Below, piece after piece: positions 62,822 through 64,000 of a stretch of DNA of 64,000 nucleotides (positions within the stretch are counted from its first letter, which is position 1; every line of letters begins with the position of its first letter). Below the pieces are notes generated by a model. It did no database searches. It saw nothing but the letters and a program-made list of their open reading frames with translations, and was not told where the DNA came from. Location: positions 1 through 64,000 of the forward strand of contig CDLV01000012.1 in NCBI GenBank assembly GCA_001244265.2. The letters run 5' to 3'. Origin of the DNA: Microbotryum violaceum. Its lineage: Eukaryota. The translations under genes and the position numbers were made by a program.

Positions 62822-64000
62822 ATGAGCCATTCGACCGTCGAGACCGGTGCGACGAATGCCACGACCTCCACGAGTTCTGGAACGAGTGCGCCGGGCGTCG
62901 ATACGCGCCTGTTCTCGGGCGTGCGCTTTCGGCTAAACTCGAGTCTCAGGAAGGAGGTTAGGAAACAAGTTGAGTATTGCGTTGTTCCTAGAGATCGGTC
63001 GTGGGTGTGCATGGACTGCGAGTAGTCTCTGTCACTGGGCTGGTGGGTGGCAAAGGTCAAAGGCGAACCCCACCCGTCGCCCCCCGTCAGTTCACAAGAG
63101 AGATATGGTACTCAACTCGGTTACGTATCTCTCTCTCACACACACACAGCTGAGCCAACTTCTCGTCTCGAACGGTGCGACTGAAGTACCTGCCGAGAAC
63201 GAGCTACAAGATCCGACTTTGGACTCGGACTCGCGCGAGCAAGCCGTCGATCATTCCCTTACTCACTGGATCACCGACACCTTGGACTTTGCTGAATACG
63301 CTCAATTGCGACCTCATGAAGACTCATCGAATGCGCTCGCTCTTCCTGCGCCACGCGCCGCTGCAGTCGTGAATAACGCTTCGGGCGGGACGGGCAAGAT
63401 GAAGAATCAAGTCGATGAGCAAGTCAAGATTGTCACGGTCAGTTGGGGGGGGGGTCACATTTTTTTGTATCTACGATCAAGGTCTGAATTGGACTTCCTG
63501 CTAATCGACCTGAATCCTGCAGCCTTATTGGGTGACGAGGTCGTACGACCTGCAACAGCTGCAGCAGTTAGTCCTCACCGAACGAGAAAGCTGATTCCGG
63601 CATAAAAAACTTGTCTGACCATTGCCCACTTTTTCGCCCATTGCAGACCGCGACACTATTCAGCCGATCTTTTGCTCATCTTTTCCGGACTTTGTGTATG
63701 CTGCGATGGGGTGCGTACTGTTCCATTTCTCATGGAGTCTCCTCCAATCTCGTGGGGATCTGGACTGACCCGATTCTTCCGCGCCCCCCTACAGTTGCCC
63801 GAGACGGACGCGCAATCGATCGCTGCGGGCGTGCAGTCACTCGGAGGACAGTCCAGACGCGAGTTGACCAGAGAGGTCACGCATTTGCTCTTGATGAGCC
63901 CAGAAGGGGTCAGTGATGGGCGAATCAGTTGCCCCATTCGATTCACTCTGGACTGACGCAACGCACCGATAGGTGAAATACGAAGCCTGGCTCAAGCATG
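62822..64000 (+). CDS. Multi-BRCT DNA-damage scaffold (Brc1/Rtt107-like), 5' part only; runs off the window
   Basis: BRCT1: LFSGVRF...LLVSNGA...THWIT...IVT|PYWVTRS. BRCT2: IFSGLCVC...VQSLGG...LTREVTHLL. Confidence 0.8.

Overview
Eukaryotic, intron-rich (GT-AG), GC-rich fungal DNA, most consistent with a basidiomycete (Microbotryomycetes-like; this is inference from gene style, not a database result). There are two housekeeping blocks. The first (14-28 kb) holds a sugar-porter MFS transporter, glutaminyl-tRNA synthetase and a DUF1765 protein. The second (38.8-64 kb) holds Dap1, Ilv1, Sgf29, a membrane protein, a Fun30-type SNF2 ATPase, lysyl-tRNA synthetase, Trm112, tRNA-His, Ndc80 and the start of a BRCT protein. 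Two accessory islands (0-13.1 kb and 29.1-37.2 kb) are unusually rich in inverted repeats: nine fold-back structures, versus none noticed in the housekeeping blocks. Three of them are inverted copies of pieces of the neighbouring genes, namely a FunK1-type kinase with a PD-(D/E)xK-like N-terminus, a second nuclease-like ORF and a third ORF that may be its paralogue. One junction carries a telomere-repeat scar, and one hairpin loop contains an internally deleted L1-type LINE. The most interesting hypothesis, which is untested, is a cluster of nuclease/kinase selfish or effector genes together with hairpin-RNA loci derived from them. All coordinates were read by eye and may be off by a few bases.
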